In this document: positions 35,914 through 49,300 of the stretch, in pieces
Layout of the letters: every line of letters starts with the position of its first letter
How positions within the stretch are numbered: the first letter of the stretch is position 1
From: Klebsormidium nitens
Lineage: Eukaryota > Plantae > Klebsormidiophyceae
Direction: 5' to 3'
Assembly: GCA_000708835.1 (NCBI GenBank)
Contig: DF237115.1
Span: 94,126 to 158,125, forward strand
Length of the DNA: 64,000 nucleotides
Notes under the pieces: model-generated
The model's database searches: none
What the model saw: the letters and a program-made list of their open reading frames with translations, nothing else
Told to the model about the DNA's origin: nothing
Made by a program: the position numbers and the translations under genes

Positions 35914-38576
35914 ATGGCTCCAGAGGCGGATGGCGCCGCCGATTCCGGCTTGGGGACCATACCGGTACCATCCCCCGAGATGGCTGACACACCCTTCTTG
36001 GATGGGCCCAGAAAAGGGAAGAAGGACCGGCTGTTCGGGAACAAGATGCGGGACGAGTGTTGGGCGCAAGCAGACGTGGTGGGTTTTGTCGTTGCACCGT
36101 CACTGCTCTTGTGCTTGACCATTACCGTGTTGCTCTTGCCTCACTTCTACAAAGGGACTGCGATCGTTGAGGTACTGTTTCGGAGGATGTGGGCTTGCTT
36201 CCGAGTGATCCGTTGGAATCTTGGCTGTTGACCAGTAATGCTGTTGATCGAAAGTTCATACACGATGCGGCATCATCTGCAGCTGGGTCGACGGATCAAT
36301 CATCCTTAATTATTGTTGCAATGGTGGTACATTTGTTTAAACTTACACCACCACCGGTTCTAAGCTAGCCAATCGATGGTCGTCGTACAGCGCAGTTTGT
36401 GAGAGAACGTTCTCTGCTTTTCTTCAAAGACGGTTCTGTCAATTGAGTGCTGGTCATGTCACGAATTGGCAGTCAGAAAGTTTGGAATTGCGTGATTGCC
36501 AGGGTGCGCCGATTGAGTCAGGGGGGCTCGAATGCAATACTACATTTGCCCAGGGTTTGAATGGTAGCACCAAGCTTTCAAAGCCTAAGTCCAAAAGTTG
36601 GTCAGAATTGAGGATTGGATGAGGACTTTGCGCATGCAGAGGCAGCAAAACATTAATAGCATTGTCTGTACAGGGTTGAACTTACATCAAGATTTGAGGT
36701 CGTCGTTTTCTTTGCAGCGCAGGTTACGGGTCGACACCCCGAACGGTGGCGGAAAGACGTAGCGGGGAACGTCGTGTGTCGCAAGCTGCTGGCCTGCATG
36801 GGGTGCATGTGCTATGAGTACGATCACATCGTCCCCTTTTCCAAAGGTAGGAGCATTTTTTTTAACGCAGAACTCAACCTGCAAAATGTTGGATGTTTAG
36901 AGACAGGAGTCCCAGAACCCAAGTTCAACTCTGTTTGTGAGCTGCTGGCTTGCTTGGGGTGCACGTGCTAAGAGTACGATCACGTTGTTTTCTTTGGCAA
37001 GGGCGTGTGTCAACAAAGCCTTATCTCAACAACCTGCAAACTCATAGTTGTCGAGCCCCAGTATCAAAACCTTGTTTTGATTGGAAGCTGCTGGCTTGCT
37101 GGAATTTGGAAAACGATCTCGTTGTTTCCTTTTCCAAATTGATCTACACCCCCAGAATCCGAGCGTTTCAAGACCCTGGGTTTTCAGGATTTTTGAATCT
37201 GCCACAGGCCGGTGGGGTGCTTGGAGCTCGATGTATGCAACAAGTTGATACGCTCTGCCTTAGGCCGTCTATTCTTGGCTCAAAATGGGGGTGTGACCAA
37301 TTGACTTTTCCCCCCAATCACGGGCTGATTGACTCGGCAGATTCAGTTGCTCGCAGTAGTTTGAAAACAGGGACTTTTGATTCTATGGTGTTTAACAACT
37401 CTCAGTGGTCTTGGGCCCACCACTCTGACGGTAAACTCCACTCTGAATTCCCGGCTCTGGTTGGTCCTTCCTGAACAGCAACGCTGCCATTGGCCGTCTT
37501 TCCTACCGTACATCATTCGGTTCAAATGACCGCCCGGGTAAACTTGAGGAACGCTCACTGATTTGTTTCAATTTGTTTCCTTGTTCTCAGGTGGTCGAAC
37601 GGAGGTTACGAACTGCCAGATTCTTCAGACACGAGCCAACCGGCAGAAGAGCAACACAGAAGATTTGGGCGTGCACGACATCAAGCAGTTCTCGTGCAGC
37701 CTTCCGTTCTCAGGTGAGTGATTGTGGTCTGCGCATCAGCTGGCATTCTGGGTTGCGAGTGAACGACCTCAAGCGTGATCATGGAATGCTCTTTTCTAGT
37801 TGTTTGGTTTGGAAGAATGAGAAGAGTGGTCCTTCGGACGGTGGAGGATAAATGCTTTCGAGACCGGGGATCAGGGGTCAAGTGTCGTGCAAAGAGCCGA
37901 AGCATAAAGATGGGGCTGCAATCATAAGTTTCTTCAAGAGCTTGCCGGTTGTGTCGAGCACTCAAAGAACGCCCGTATTAAGCCGCTTGCCTTCGATGCC
38001 GAGTTATGTTTCGATGTCTCTTAGCTGAATTGCTTCGCTATGGCGAAGCTGGCAGTGTGAGCCGATTGGACAGCTCACATAACCGTGCCCTTACGTTCAT
38101 CTTCAAGCCTTCTTTACACAGTTATGATCACGAGGAGTTCCTTTCTCCTTGTGCTAACCATAAAATAAGCGAGGACTTGTGTACATCTACTTCACGAGGA
38201 CTTCCTTCCCTCCTTGTGCTAACAAATGAATAAGCGAGGACTTGGTGGACAAGTGAAAAAGCGGGCTCTCTCTCGGTGTCTCGTGGGTGTCTCAAAAAGG
38301 GTTCCCGTCTCAAATAGTTGCCGCAGGAAGAATCATTTTTACACGTCGAAGTCCAGATTCCTATGCCTTTCTGCCTCTTGACACCGCCCCGCTGTTGCAG
38401 ACCGGGAGCTAGACTTGGTGGAGATGGCGGTGTACGGCGACGTCGTCCGGCCGGGGCTGCAGTGCCGCATCCGGAGTTTCAGCGAGCACGCAGGGCTGAC
38501 GCCACGGAGGAAAGAGAACGTGCCCGCGTGCGAACTGCCGCACGGCGCGCGGACAGAGGCGACGGTAGAGAGGTGA
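35914..38576 (+). CDS. Plant-type HNH endonuclease domain protein
   Basis: Exons 35914-36078 (RLFGNKMRDECWAQADV), 36723-36846 (GRHPERWRKDVAGNVVCRKLLACMGCMCYEYDHIVPFSK), 37591-37713 (GGRTEVTNCQILQTRANRQKSN) and 38401-38576 (RELDLVEMAVYGDV..*). The DHIVP-x-SKGG..NC..L..R.N HNH signature is present and phases are consistent; the start is uncertain. Confidence 0.85.
36936..37140 (+). repeat. Two ghost copies of the 3' half of HNH exon 36723-36846
   Basis: GAGCTGCTGGCTTGCTTGGGGTGCACGTGCTAAGAGTACGATCACGTTG (36938 onward, TAT changed to TAA), and GAAGCTGCTGGCTTGCTGG..ACGATCTCGTTGTTTCCTTTTCCAAA (37084 onward). Confidence 0.8.
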
Positions 38577-40329
38577 AAGCGGGTCAACGAAACGGTCAGC
38601 TTAAGAACCTGGTTCGCGGGACGCCAGGTTAAGGGAACCTGCAGATTGACACACGGTGTTGGCGAAAGGCGACGGCGGAGAGGTCGACACAGGTCAAGTG
38701 GTGGAACCATGTTGAGAGGCGGTGAAACCAATCCACAAGTGACAGCAGGTTGAGGTGAATTGCTCGCGCGCAAATCAGTTGTGTAGCACGGGTAGAGGGC
38801 GACAGTTGAGAGGGGTGGGTCTCAGTTTGGAAGCGTTGACTGCTTGAGAGGAGAGGCCAGATTGAGAGGCGCGAGTTGCGCTTTCGAGCAGACGAAAGAA
38901 TTGACGGTCGAACCGTATGGGGTTTGTCAGGTTTGACAGTCCATAATTGCGTCACTCACAGAATTCCAAAAAAACCAGAGAGGAAGCTTTGACGAAGGTT
39001 GTACTTACTGAAACGATGGACGAGGGAACTGCGAAGAGGGGGTTAGGCATTAAAGAGTTCTCAATTTCGCGAGCGCTGAAAAGCGTCTGCCGAGCTCGGA
39101 TCAACGCTACCTAGCTTGTGCTAACCAGGTTGCGGCCAAAGTTCAAAGTTGAGGCAGGCATGAGTAGTTCTCGATTGGCGCCTAGAGATCAGTCCTGCTT
39201 TGGACATGCCCAACCCCTCTATTACGGCCGAATTCGGTTGACCTGGACTGAACAATCCGATTATTGTATTACAGCGATGTATCGACTCAGACCAGATTCC
39301 CACGTCTTCTTGACACGCGAGCATGCGATTCTCCAATCTGCACCAAAAACCTTTGGCTACTGTGCGGTAATCGCTGGAGCTGACAGGCAGCTATATAGTG
39401 ACGAGATCGTGCTGGCGGCTCCTTCGAATCAGTGTCTGCCACCGCACATAATCAGCAAGGAGAGTTTCAGCTGCAAAGCTGTCACGGAGATCGAGTCGTA
39501 TTGTGAGAATTTCATGCAAGCTATAGCTTGGCGAGCTTACAGAGGCGGTGTTGGGTACGTGGCGGATCAACTCAACATGGTTCGCTTTAGTATGCACTAG
39601 ACGATCATTAACATGCACTACGGTCGCGGTGCAGCGCCTAGCGGCTTCCGAAGCTTGATCCTTAACAAGTGTAAATGCGTTCTACAGAGCGCGGGCTCTG
39701 CGACATGCGCCAGCGCATGTGGCCCAATGATCATCTTTCGAATTAACGCACATTTTACATTGACAACGTACGTACGTTTGCATGCACATGTGCGTATGTG
39801 TCAATATGTGCTCATGCGCGCAATGCGTACGAGGGTAACATAGATTCTTAGATTTTATTGTACCGATTCCGCCATGTGATTTCTACACGTACGTGCTCTA
39901 GTCCTTTACAGACTCACGGACAAACCCCCAAGTCGGACATGCCGGCCTTCCCACAGAGCCAGCGCATTTTGCATCTTGACCCTTGGAGGAGCTTAGCAGG
40001 CTCGCTATGGCAATAGGTTCGAAGCCGGAGGTGAATTGAACCGGCAGAGTACCATCATGCCTATGCTCACTCCCGGCGATAGATGACATGGAGCGAACTA
40101 GAGTGATGAAACATGCGGAATTATTAAAGAGCAAGATGCACTTGACAAGCGCTAGTACCAAAGAGGCGTCAAGACTTGGGGACCTTCGATTCGTGCAAAA
40201 GTTCTGCCAGCCTCCTTTGAGTTCAAAATTCACATTGTTTGGATAATGCAACCTCATGCGAATCGTGAAATTGCCTACAACCCCTGCGGCCCGTGGCCCA
40301 GCCAAATCAGACACTTTGAAATTACAAGA

Positions 40330-43300
40330 TCAGAATGCCCCTTTAGTCTCGGCTGCTGTTGCGGCATATGAGCTGGTGATATTTTCCAGAACCGCATCGT
40401 CTTGATCAATCCATTGTTTCACCTGCAAAGGAGGATCAAGTCGAACCAATCAGCTTCGAGCTGCATGGCAAGCTTATACACATTGCTTATCTGGAGAGCC
40501 AGACGCACTGTTGGTCAGAATGAAAACGAGCATTAGCAGACTGCAGAGAGTCCGAAACGTTCAGCATACCTAGTCGCTTCAGTAACACACTTGTTCGTCG
40601 GCCTCACTCAAAGCAAGCACCTATCGGCAGCCAGACCCTTTCAGCAATACCAGCGACTGCTTTGCTCACCTCCATAAGCTTGTTCTCCAACTTTCGTTCG
40701 ACTTCGCGCGCGTTTTCGACTTCTCGCTCCAAGGCGTCAACCTGGACGACAAAAAACACATTTTCTGTTCTTTGCCCGCAGAACTTTGAAGTCTGCTTGA
40801 GATGTACCTTTCGCAGCATATGTCTGCAGCAGCTTGGCAGCGAAGTGGCGCTGCTTCGCTTTCTGCGAGTTCCAGTGCGCAGAAGTTAGTGAGAAACAGC
40901 TGCACGAGGTGACATGTCAACAAAACGACGGCAAACGACTTGAGCACCAAAATCCACCTGGGAACAATGGCGAACCGGTCAGCGCTTGGATACTTTGTCA
41001 CCCCAATCGCAGGTAATACTTAAAACGACATCCCAAATTTTGGCGCTTTTTGCATTGCCCGAAGGCAGTACTGGCGCAGTTTTGAGATGCCCAGATGCTG
41101 GATGCCCAAATCCCAAAGTAATCGGCAAAACCGACTCCACAACGTCAACCACACAACTCGTTCCTATTCTTCAACTTGCACAAACAGAGGTTACTCCACT
41201 CAAAGATCTCGCACCTGCGACAGCAACGGGTTGTGCGCATTTCCGTTGCTAACCGCGGCTTCCGGTCCCCGTAACCCGTGCTCCCAAGCGGCTGCAGCGG
41301 CGACCGCTCTCTCCGCTGAGCTGGTCGCTGAGAACTGGTACACGTCCGGGAGGTTGTTCACACCGAAGCCGGCGCCCCCGTTCACATTTCCGTGCCGCCC
41401 GGTGCCAGCGCTTGTGGTAAAACTCTCGCCCGAGCTGCTGCTGCCGTCGTCCATCACGAAGTCGGCTGCCATGCGAAACACGCGGGCTGCGCAAAAAGGA
41501 GAGGTACTCATAATTTGGATGCTTCTGACGCGTCAAGTGCTTTTTCAAAAGCCTTTAGTCTGTTATTTGATCTGCGCTTTTGAGATATCGACGTGATCCC
41601 GGGGCCGGCCGTACTGCGAGTGACAGAGGCATACAGAAACTGATCAGACAAACGCAGTATAGCGACCGACGGTTGCGAAGTACTCCAATGCAAACAAGAT
41701 ACCTGTCTGCTTTGAGGACCATCTTCGGAGACGCAACCACGACAAGAGAGAAACCCAAATTACACAGCAGATCAGCGACTCAAGTCAAAAACCTAACCAG
41801 AGTTGGTACATACGCACACTCGGACAAAACTTAGCGCCCCAGAATATGGTCAGGTCCCTTACCTGCTGCGCGCGCCGCGGCTGCTGGGAGCCCGAAGTCC
41901 TTGCTGCCGCCCCCGCCAGCTGGCGCCTCGGCATAGCCCCTACTCCTCTTGCCCCCCACCCCCTCCGCCGGCGGCGCCCCCTGATTCTGCTGCAACTGCA
42001 ACTCCAACTGCTGCTGCAAAAGCGCGCTCAGGCTTAACCCCGCCTTGATCCCCTCCGCCATTCCGTTCATGTTCGAGCCCTGCCAGTTCTGGGGAAACAC
42101 CTGGTTAGCGGACAGGTTAAACCCTAACCCCTGAGCAGTAAACTCCGTGCTACCGGACCCGAACACCATGTTCGCCCCGACCGGCATCCCAAACGGCCCG
42201 ATGGGAACGCCGATTGGAGCACTGCCCGCTTTATTGTCCCCGCTTTTCTTCTCCTGGTGTAGATTCCCCGGTTTCGCGGCTGCGGGTTCCGGTCTCTTCC
42301 CCTTAACTGGCGGATTCACACCCTTCTTCTCGTTCACGAGGCTCGCAAGAAACCCCGCCGCATTCACGGCGTCCGACTCAAAACCCGCACTTTTTTTCTC
42401 GTCCTGAGCCCGCGCTTTGAGCCCAACCTTGCTCTTCTCCTTGATCGGGCTCTTGGCTCCCCCGTCGCTCCCCTTTGCAAACTGCAGAATTGGCTCCCCC
42501 CGCTCGCCCAACGTATCGTCTTTCCCAATATCGTCCAAAACGAGGGCGTCCTTCCGTTTCTTTCCGTTTCCGTTCTGTTTCTCAGGCCCCTTTTTTGACG
42601 CCTCTCCTTTCCTTTCCTCAGCCTCTACTTCAACCTTCGTCTCGGGGACTCCAGACTCTTTTTTTGCCTTGCCGTTCGCAGCGGGTCCCTTTGCTAACGA
42701 AACCTCCGGTGGCTTACTAACGGGCGCGGGTGCCAATTCCTTTTCTGTTGCACTTTTCTCTTTCTTGGATGCGGCCCTCTCCCGCGCTTTCGCTTCGTCC
42801 GCTTCCTTCTGCTTCCGCTCCGCAGCCAAGGCCTTCTCTCGCTCTCTACGGAGCTTCTTTTCCTTTTTCCGAAGCGCCTTCTGCAAGTTGTGAAAGAGAA
42901 CTAATCAGCTTCTTGCAAGGATAAACCAGAGAAGGAAATTGGCTTCTAAGAATACATGCGGGCCCCGCCCGTGCTTGCAACGAACAAAGTGAGAGTTTGG
43001 CGGGAGGGCACGAGGTCCAGCTAGTAACATTCCCTAAGTCGGACGTACCACACAAAAGCTGCTTCTCTAGACCAGCTTTGCTTGGCGCTCCAAACTTCCC
43101 GCTGAGGCGCTTGAACCCTGTTTCAACATGCATCGCAGAGAGCTGGTACCCAACAAAAGTAGAATTGAAGTTCCTCAGCAGCCACCGTAACCAGGTTTCC
43201 GAGCTCAATGCAGCCGTATCCTGCAAAAGAAGCAGAAAATAAATTACCAGAGTTGCACGCTCCTCACCTTTTCCTCCTCCTCATTCAGCACCTTTCCCGC

Positions 43301-46300
43301 ATCCTCGTCCCCCTCTTCCTGGCCCCCATCGCTCCCCTCCCCTATCTCCGCTACAACCTGCCTCTCTTTCTCTTCAATCACCTTCCTCTCTCCCTTGCCA
43401 AACCCCTCACTTCCCGTCTCTCCCTGCTTATTTCCCTCCCTTTCTTGGCTTGCACCGTCGACTCTCCCGCTCTCCTTCGCCCCTTTCCTCTCCGCTTCCG
43501 GTGGGTGCGGCTTAGCCGCAGCCGGCGTTTTCACTGCCGCGATCGCAGCCCAGGAGCTCTGACCGGGGTTGTTCGCACCCTGCACCCCCCCAACCGCAAA
43601 CCCCGGAACGTGCGCCCCCTGTGACGCAGCCACAGCGCTGGCAAACGATGGGGCTGAGGCCTGCGTCCCCACCCCCCCAATCGCTGCCATCATGGAGCTC
43701 AAACCCCCCCTCTGGGCTCTCATTTGCGGCGCAGGCTCTTTCACGGTCTGTGTTGCTGGCCCTTGCCCTAACCCCCAAACCCCCCAGCTCCTCGGACCCG
43801 CCCCCCCGGAACCAGGCCGAAACTCCTCCCCCTTGCTGCCATCCACATGCCCCGTCTCTTTGCCAGACGACGTCACAATCTGACTGTACTGCTCACTCTG
43901 CAGGGGGGGCTGAAAAGCGGGGCCTGCCAACCCCCCAAACCCCTGCTGCCTTACTGGGGGTGTCCTCTGACCAGAAGGGGGCGGGAAGAAGGGGAGACCA
44001 CTACCGGGATTTGGCAACCCCTCCCCCCCGAGAGGAGGGTTGCTGCTAGGGGGCCCGCCAAGGTTCTTCAGGATCGAAAGCAGTCCCGGGGACATCGCCT
44101 CGTTGGGTGAGCTCGAAGGAGGGGGTGGTTTGTACTCAAACGCCTTGCCTGTCCCCATGGCCATGATTGCTGGATCGAAGAAACCCATGTCTGGATTTGG
44201 CGGGGGGGCTGGGTGGTGTGGTTGAGGGCCCCCCAAAGGGGCGTGGGAGGGCCGCATGGAGAACGGGCGTGGTGTCGGAAGGAGGCCTGCAAAGGCAAGA
44301 CATCAAATATCAATTTCACATGCACTTATGGAGAAAACCGCAAAAGTCAAACAAGAGAACCTGTTCCCAAGTTAGAAGGAAGCGGCAGCAGAGAAGCCGC
44401 GTGAAACCAATCCAGCGGTCGGAGTGAAAGACAAACTCATCAGAGAAATCTGTCGACCAAAAAATTGACCAGAAGAAGGAAAGTAACATAGAGCGTCAGC
44501 CACAAGAAGGGCGAGCAGCAACGAGCAACTCGACAAAATGTACAAGGGTTTTGAAAGCAGAGACCAGCTCGTATAGGACTCCATGCCAGAAATAACTTTT
44601 ACCAATAGTCTCAGAGACTTGCAAACCTTTGCTTTGCCTAAACACATGAACCCCGTTCCATCACACTGAGCTGCTTAAATAGCTTAAGATGTCAGAGAAA
44701 GACGAGAAGCTTGCATTAAAGGTGCAAAAACTTGATTTGAAAGTCACCTTGGCTCCCTGCGGGCGCCCCTCCCCTCCCCCTGTTCACAAACCCCGGTGGG
44801 GCGGGCAGGAGCGGCTTGCCCGTTGCAGATCCGGGCCGCAAAAGTCCCGCACCAAACCCGGCGCCGTTCGTGTTCCCATCCTCCTCCGCTGTACTCGGTC
44901 GCGACCCGGACTGGGGCCGCGACGAAGTTTCAGAACTCTCGGACGTCGTCAAACCCGGGGCAGGTGAGAATCGGCCCCCGGCGTCCGAACCGGCACCGCT
45001 CGAGCCAGCCGTACTGGGCCTGGCAGCGTCAGCGCCGCCCTTGTCCTTCTCCAGCGTAAACCCAAAACGGGACTTGACGCCAGCGCTCGAACTGACCATC
45101 GCCGAGTCAGCGGGCGTGGGAACGGTGTCAGAGCTGCCCGCAAAGTCAAACCTGGATTTGCGCACTCCCCCTTCGCCAGCTGGCTCCTCTGCAGGCCCGT
45201 CCGACTCCCATGCAAACTTGAACCGTGACTGCCGCGCTGGGGGTGCGCCGGGGGTTGACGTTTTTGCTGCTGCCGCTGCGGCTTTTGCCCGTTCCTCTGC
45301 TAGCAAAATCTTGGCAAGGCCGCTGGGGTCAGGGAGGGGCCCGTCCGCCCATGGGTCGAACTCCATGCCCAAAATGTCTGCAATTACGCTAGACTCCCCC
45401 GGACTCCCCGGCTCCTTCCTAGCGGTTTCCTCCTCTCTAGGATTTCCTGTCCTGACTCGACGTAGCTGCTCAAAACCGGGCTCTTTCATACCTGCACCGC
45501 TCTCCTTAGGCCCCCCAAGCGCGCTCTGCTCCACCTTCCTGCCCCCCTCTGGAATGGTGTCGGTGTCGCCGGACGGACCCCCCAGCCGCGCCAACCGGCT
45601 GACGGGGGCGGACATGGCAGGCCGCGCAAAGCTGGGGCTCCCTCCTTCGACCAGGTTGTTGAAGTGCCCCCCGGGCGGCCGCCCAAAGTTCGCCATCTCG
45701 GGCATGCCCATCATCTGCCCCCCGTTTGCACGGCCGTACGCAGGGCTGCCTCCCTCCCCCTGGAACGGCCCTCCCCGGCCAAACTTCGGGGACCCCCCCT
45801 CCAAGAAACCAGGCCCCAGCCTGCCATAGTTGGGGCTGCCCACCACCCCCCCCTGGTGGAAGAACTTCGGGCTGCCCCCCTCAAACGGAGAGCCCTGCCG
45901 GAAGATCCTCGGACTGCCCCCCTCCATGTTCATTCCCAGCAGTCGGTTGAACTTCGGACTTCCCCCCTGATCGAGCATCCCCCCCCCTCTCTCCTGCAGC
46001 ATGCCCCGGCCAATGCCCCCCCAGGAAGGAGAGCCCCCCCCTCCGCTCGACGTCCTACTGAGCCCCGGCAAAAAGACGCCCGTGCCAGCTGGCTGCGGGC
46101 TCGACGACCGTGACAACGTATCCTGGTTTAAAAAGCCGGGGACAAACACCCCGGTGCCCGACCCAAAGCCGGTCGCGGCGCGCAAGAGCCCCTCGTCCCC
46201 ATGGCTTGGTCTCCGCGTGACCGGGATCTCGGCGCTCCGCTCAAAATGGAACCCGCTCGTGCTCTCTAAACTCGCGCGCTCCGCTTCTGTCCTAGCTGTA

Positions 46301-49300
46301 CGCAGGCTGCCAACTCTCCCGGCAGGTGACTTTGACAAAACGTCTTTTAGAGGGCTTGGCGCCGGGGCCGTTTCGCTGGGCGCCGTGCTTTCCAGCGCCC
46401 TCGTGGTGCTAATTGGAAGAACCGTCTCTGCGGCCAGCTTGCTTTCAGACCCTCCACTTGCCATCTTTGCAGTCGTGCTCGCTCCTTCGCCCTGGCCTGC
46501 TTTCTCGGGCCCTCTTATTTCCGCAGGGATGGACTCCGCAGCTAAACCCGACGACGTTTTCACGAGGCTCTTGCCCCAGGCGCCGAGGCCCCCAGCTCCA
46601 CTCCCTCCCGCCACGTTCTCCTCGTGCTGGGACCCCCCCCTTTCGAGGAGAGCTCTAGGCTGCTTTCCCGGGCCTGTATCCGCACTGCTTGGGCGGGAGT
46701 TGCTCTGACTGATCACCGCCTGAAGCGTGGGGAAACTTTCACCTGCCAGGGGGCTCGGTCCAGTGGCATTTAGACTCCCCTCCAACACCAGCTTCGATCC
46801 AGCCCCCAGCGACACCCCAGCCGCCGCCTTTGCCACTGCAACAAAACTGCCCTGCCTGATGGGACCAGTCCCTAGGGTCTTTATTACGCTCGGCGCGGCG
46901 CTGCCAGCTGTCGGCCCCTCAGGTGCCCCATGTGCCACTACAACCTGCCTCCCGACTTTGCCCGTCCTCGCAGCCAGAACCGCCGCCGCTTGCTTCGGAG
47001 TTGGGTCCAGCCCTGCCTTCAAATTCGGCGCACCCACTGTTTCCGCCGGTGCGACTGGCCGTCCTGCCTTTGCACCCGACCCACCCACTACTTCCGACGG
47101 TGTGACCGGCCTCGCTGCCTTCAGATTCGGTGCACCAGCTGCATCCCCCGGTGTGACCGGCCGCCCCGCGAGGGCTGCCGCCGCTGCTGCCTGTGCCACC
47201 GTAACGGTCTTCGCCGTGCTGACACCTGGCGCGTCCACGTTGCGGCTCGCAACGGCGATGAACGGCGGGGGCTGCGCGTTGGCATTTATGACCCGGCCGC
47301 TGAGGACGGCGGCGGACGGCTTGTGAGAGGTAAAGGAGCCTTTTCCGGAAGTGGAGGGTCCTGCTGCAGAGGCCGATGTGGAGGGCGCAACAGCGGCGCT
47401 GCTTGACGGCCCTGCTCCCGCTGCCGGCCTGAGCGCCTTGAGGGCTGGCGGTGGCGCAGCCACTGGGGGCACCTTGGTTGAGGGAGCAGGCCCCGCAACT
47501 TTGCTCTTAGAGCCCCTGCAAACAGTAACAGGGGCTTATGAAGATGGGACAGACGACAGGAATGTTGGTTCAAGACGTGTTCAGTGTTTGATTCATGTAC
47601 TGCTCCAACTAGCAACGGCCAACAAATGGGAGAACTGGAGTGCTCGAGATCAAAGTAGTGCATCGAAAAAGAGTGTTTCACGAGCAATTTCGAGATGCCA
47701 AACCAGAGATTGCAAAATGGATATGGTGACAAATTAGAGACTCGCAGCTTTCAAGCAACTTGACCTCCAGGACGAGGCTGAAAGAGTCAGTGGACTCACC
47801 ATGAGGATGAAGCGGCCAAAGCTGCCTGCGGGCCAGGGCTGCCAACTGTGGCCGAGCTTTCTCGATGCGGCGGCTGAGAAGTTGAGGGAATCTGCAAAAG
47901 GATGAGGTTTTAACAACGTAAAATGAGCAACGAACACTACCATAAAGCAACAGAGAACCACCTTCAGAGCAACGTCAGAAGTACAGAGAACCAGGGTTCT
48001 TTTGACAGGGGCCCTGATTATTATCTGTGGCGAGTGAACATGAAAATTGGCACAGAAGCAACGTGGGAGACCTACGCTCTATCATTCACTGACAAATCTT
48101 AGGGCTAGATGAGCAACAGCTGTTCAACAAGAAATGCACGCTTGGAATCTGAGAACCATATCACCAATACGTTCCACTCACGTTCAAAGGCCGCGCAGCA
48201 GACGCCCCATCAGAAGGTGGGGGAGGAGGAAGTCCCTTCCCACTATAGTTGGAAGGGTGCGTGGCATTGTGGAAGTAATCCTGTTTGCTGCAATGTACGA
48301 ACAAGATAAGAGACAGTAAGAACGTTGGCACAGAGGTGAACTACGCAACAACTTGTTAGGAAAGAACCAAAGCAGACCACCCCTTGCCTTTCAAGAATCT
48401 GACAGAGCAGGACAAGTCGTGGACCCTGGTCAAACGTGAATGATTGGCTCACAAACCTGTGAAGAACCTCAAGACCCTCAAAGCAATGCAGGAAAGCGTC
48501 CCTGCCAGAAGATCATCGACACACTGAAAGGTTGCAGGAGCTTGGAGTCTAAAACAGACTTTGTAAAACAGCCCGCTACCATGACTCAGCTGATTTTGTA
48601 CAGACTGCAACAAGCTCTTAAGGGGGGAGTGTACCACAGAAACACATCAGAAACTGAGCCTCTCTGAGAGAAAGAAGAAATGACAGGATTCAGGATTTCA
48701 GGCAGTCGCTTATTGTGTTCAAGCAGTCACTCATTGAGAGTAATACTCAGAGTTGGAACATGAAGTCTTGTATCATACCTGGCCAGCATTTCTTCCTTTG
48801 TGAAGCTGTCATCGTGCGACCCGATGTCATGAAGATACAGACAGTCTGGATTGGTGCATGTCTGCAAGCGGCGATTAGGTCTAGCTGAGGCACAATGGAT
48901 CAAGCTGCTTACATTCAACGTGCTGTTGATTGGTTGTCTGCAGTACTTTTCTGGAGCAAACAAACATGCCTCTTACTACTTGCTAATTTCCATTTCCAAA
49001 GCAAACGCTAGATAGGACTCAGGCAACCACTAGCAAAGTGAACAGACGCGCACGGAGTGCTTACCACATGCTTCAGATATGAGTTGCAGTACTTGGTGGT
49101 CCCAAAACAGGCCCGTATCAGCTTGCCCTCCAGTAAGGCGCCATCGACTGTCTGGATGCACTTCACTGCATCTTCCTCCCTCACAAAATTGACGTACCTG
49201 TCATGGTATCACTTGGATTGAGTAAAGAGCGTTTCCAGACGTTAGGGTCAAGGGCCTTCTGACTTTCCACAAGTGACCACTCTCGATACATTCACTTTCA

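Noticed and set aside
39118-39600. 160-aa plus-strand ORF between the HNH and NOT4-like 3' ends
   Set aside because: No motif, no GC3 bias, no splice support.
44796-47737. Multiple long plus-strand ORFs (44816-45829, 46001-46708, 46727-47326 and others) and similar ones at 42147-44225
   Set aside because: Antisense shadows of NOT4-like exons.
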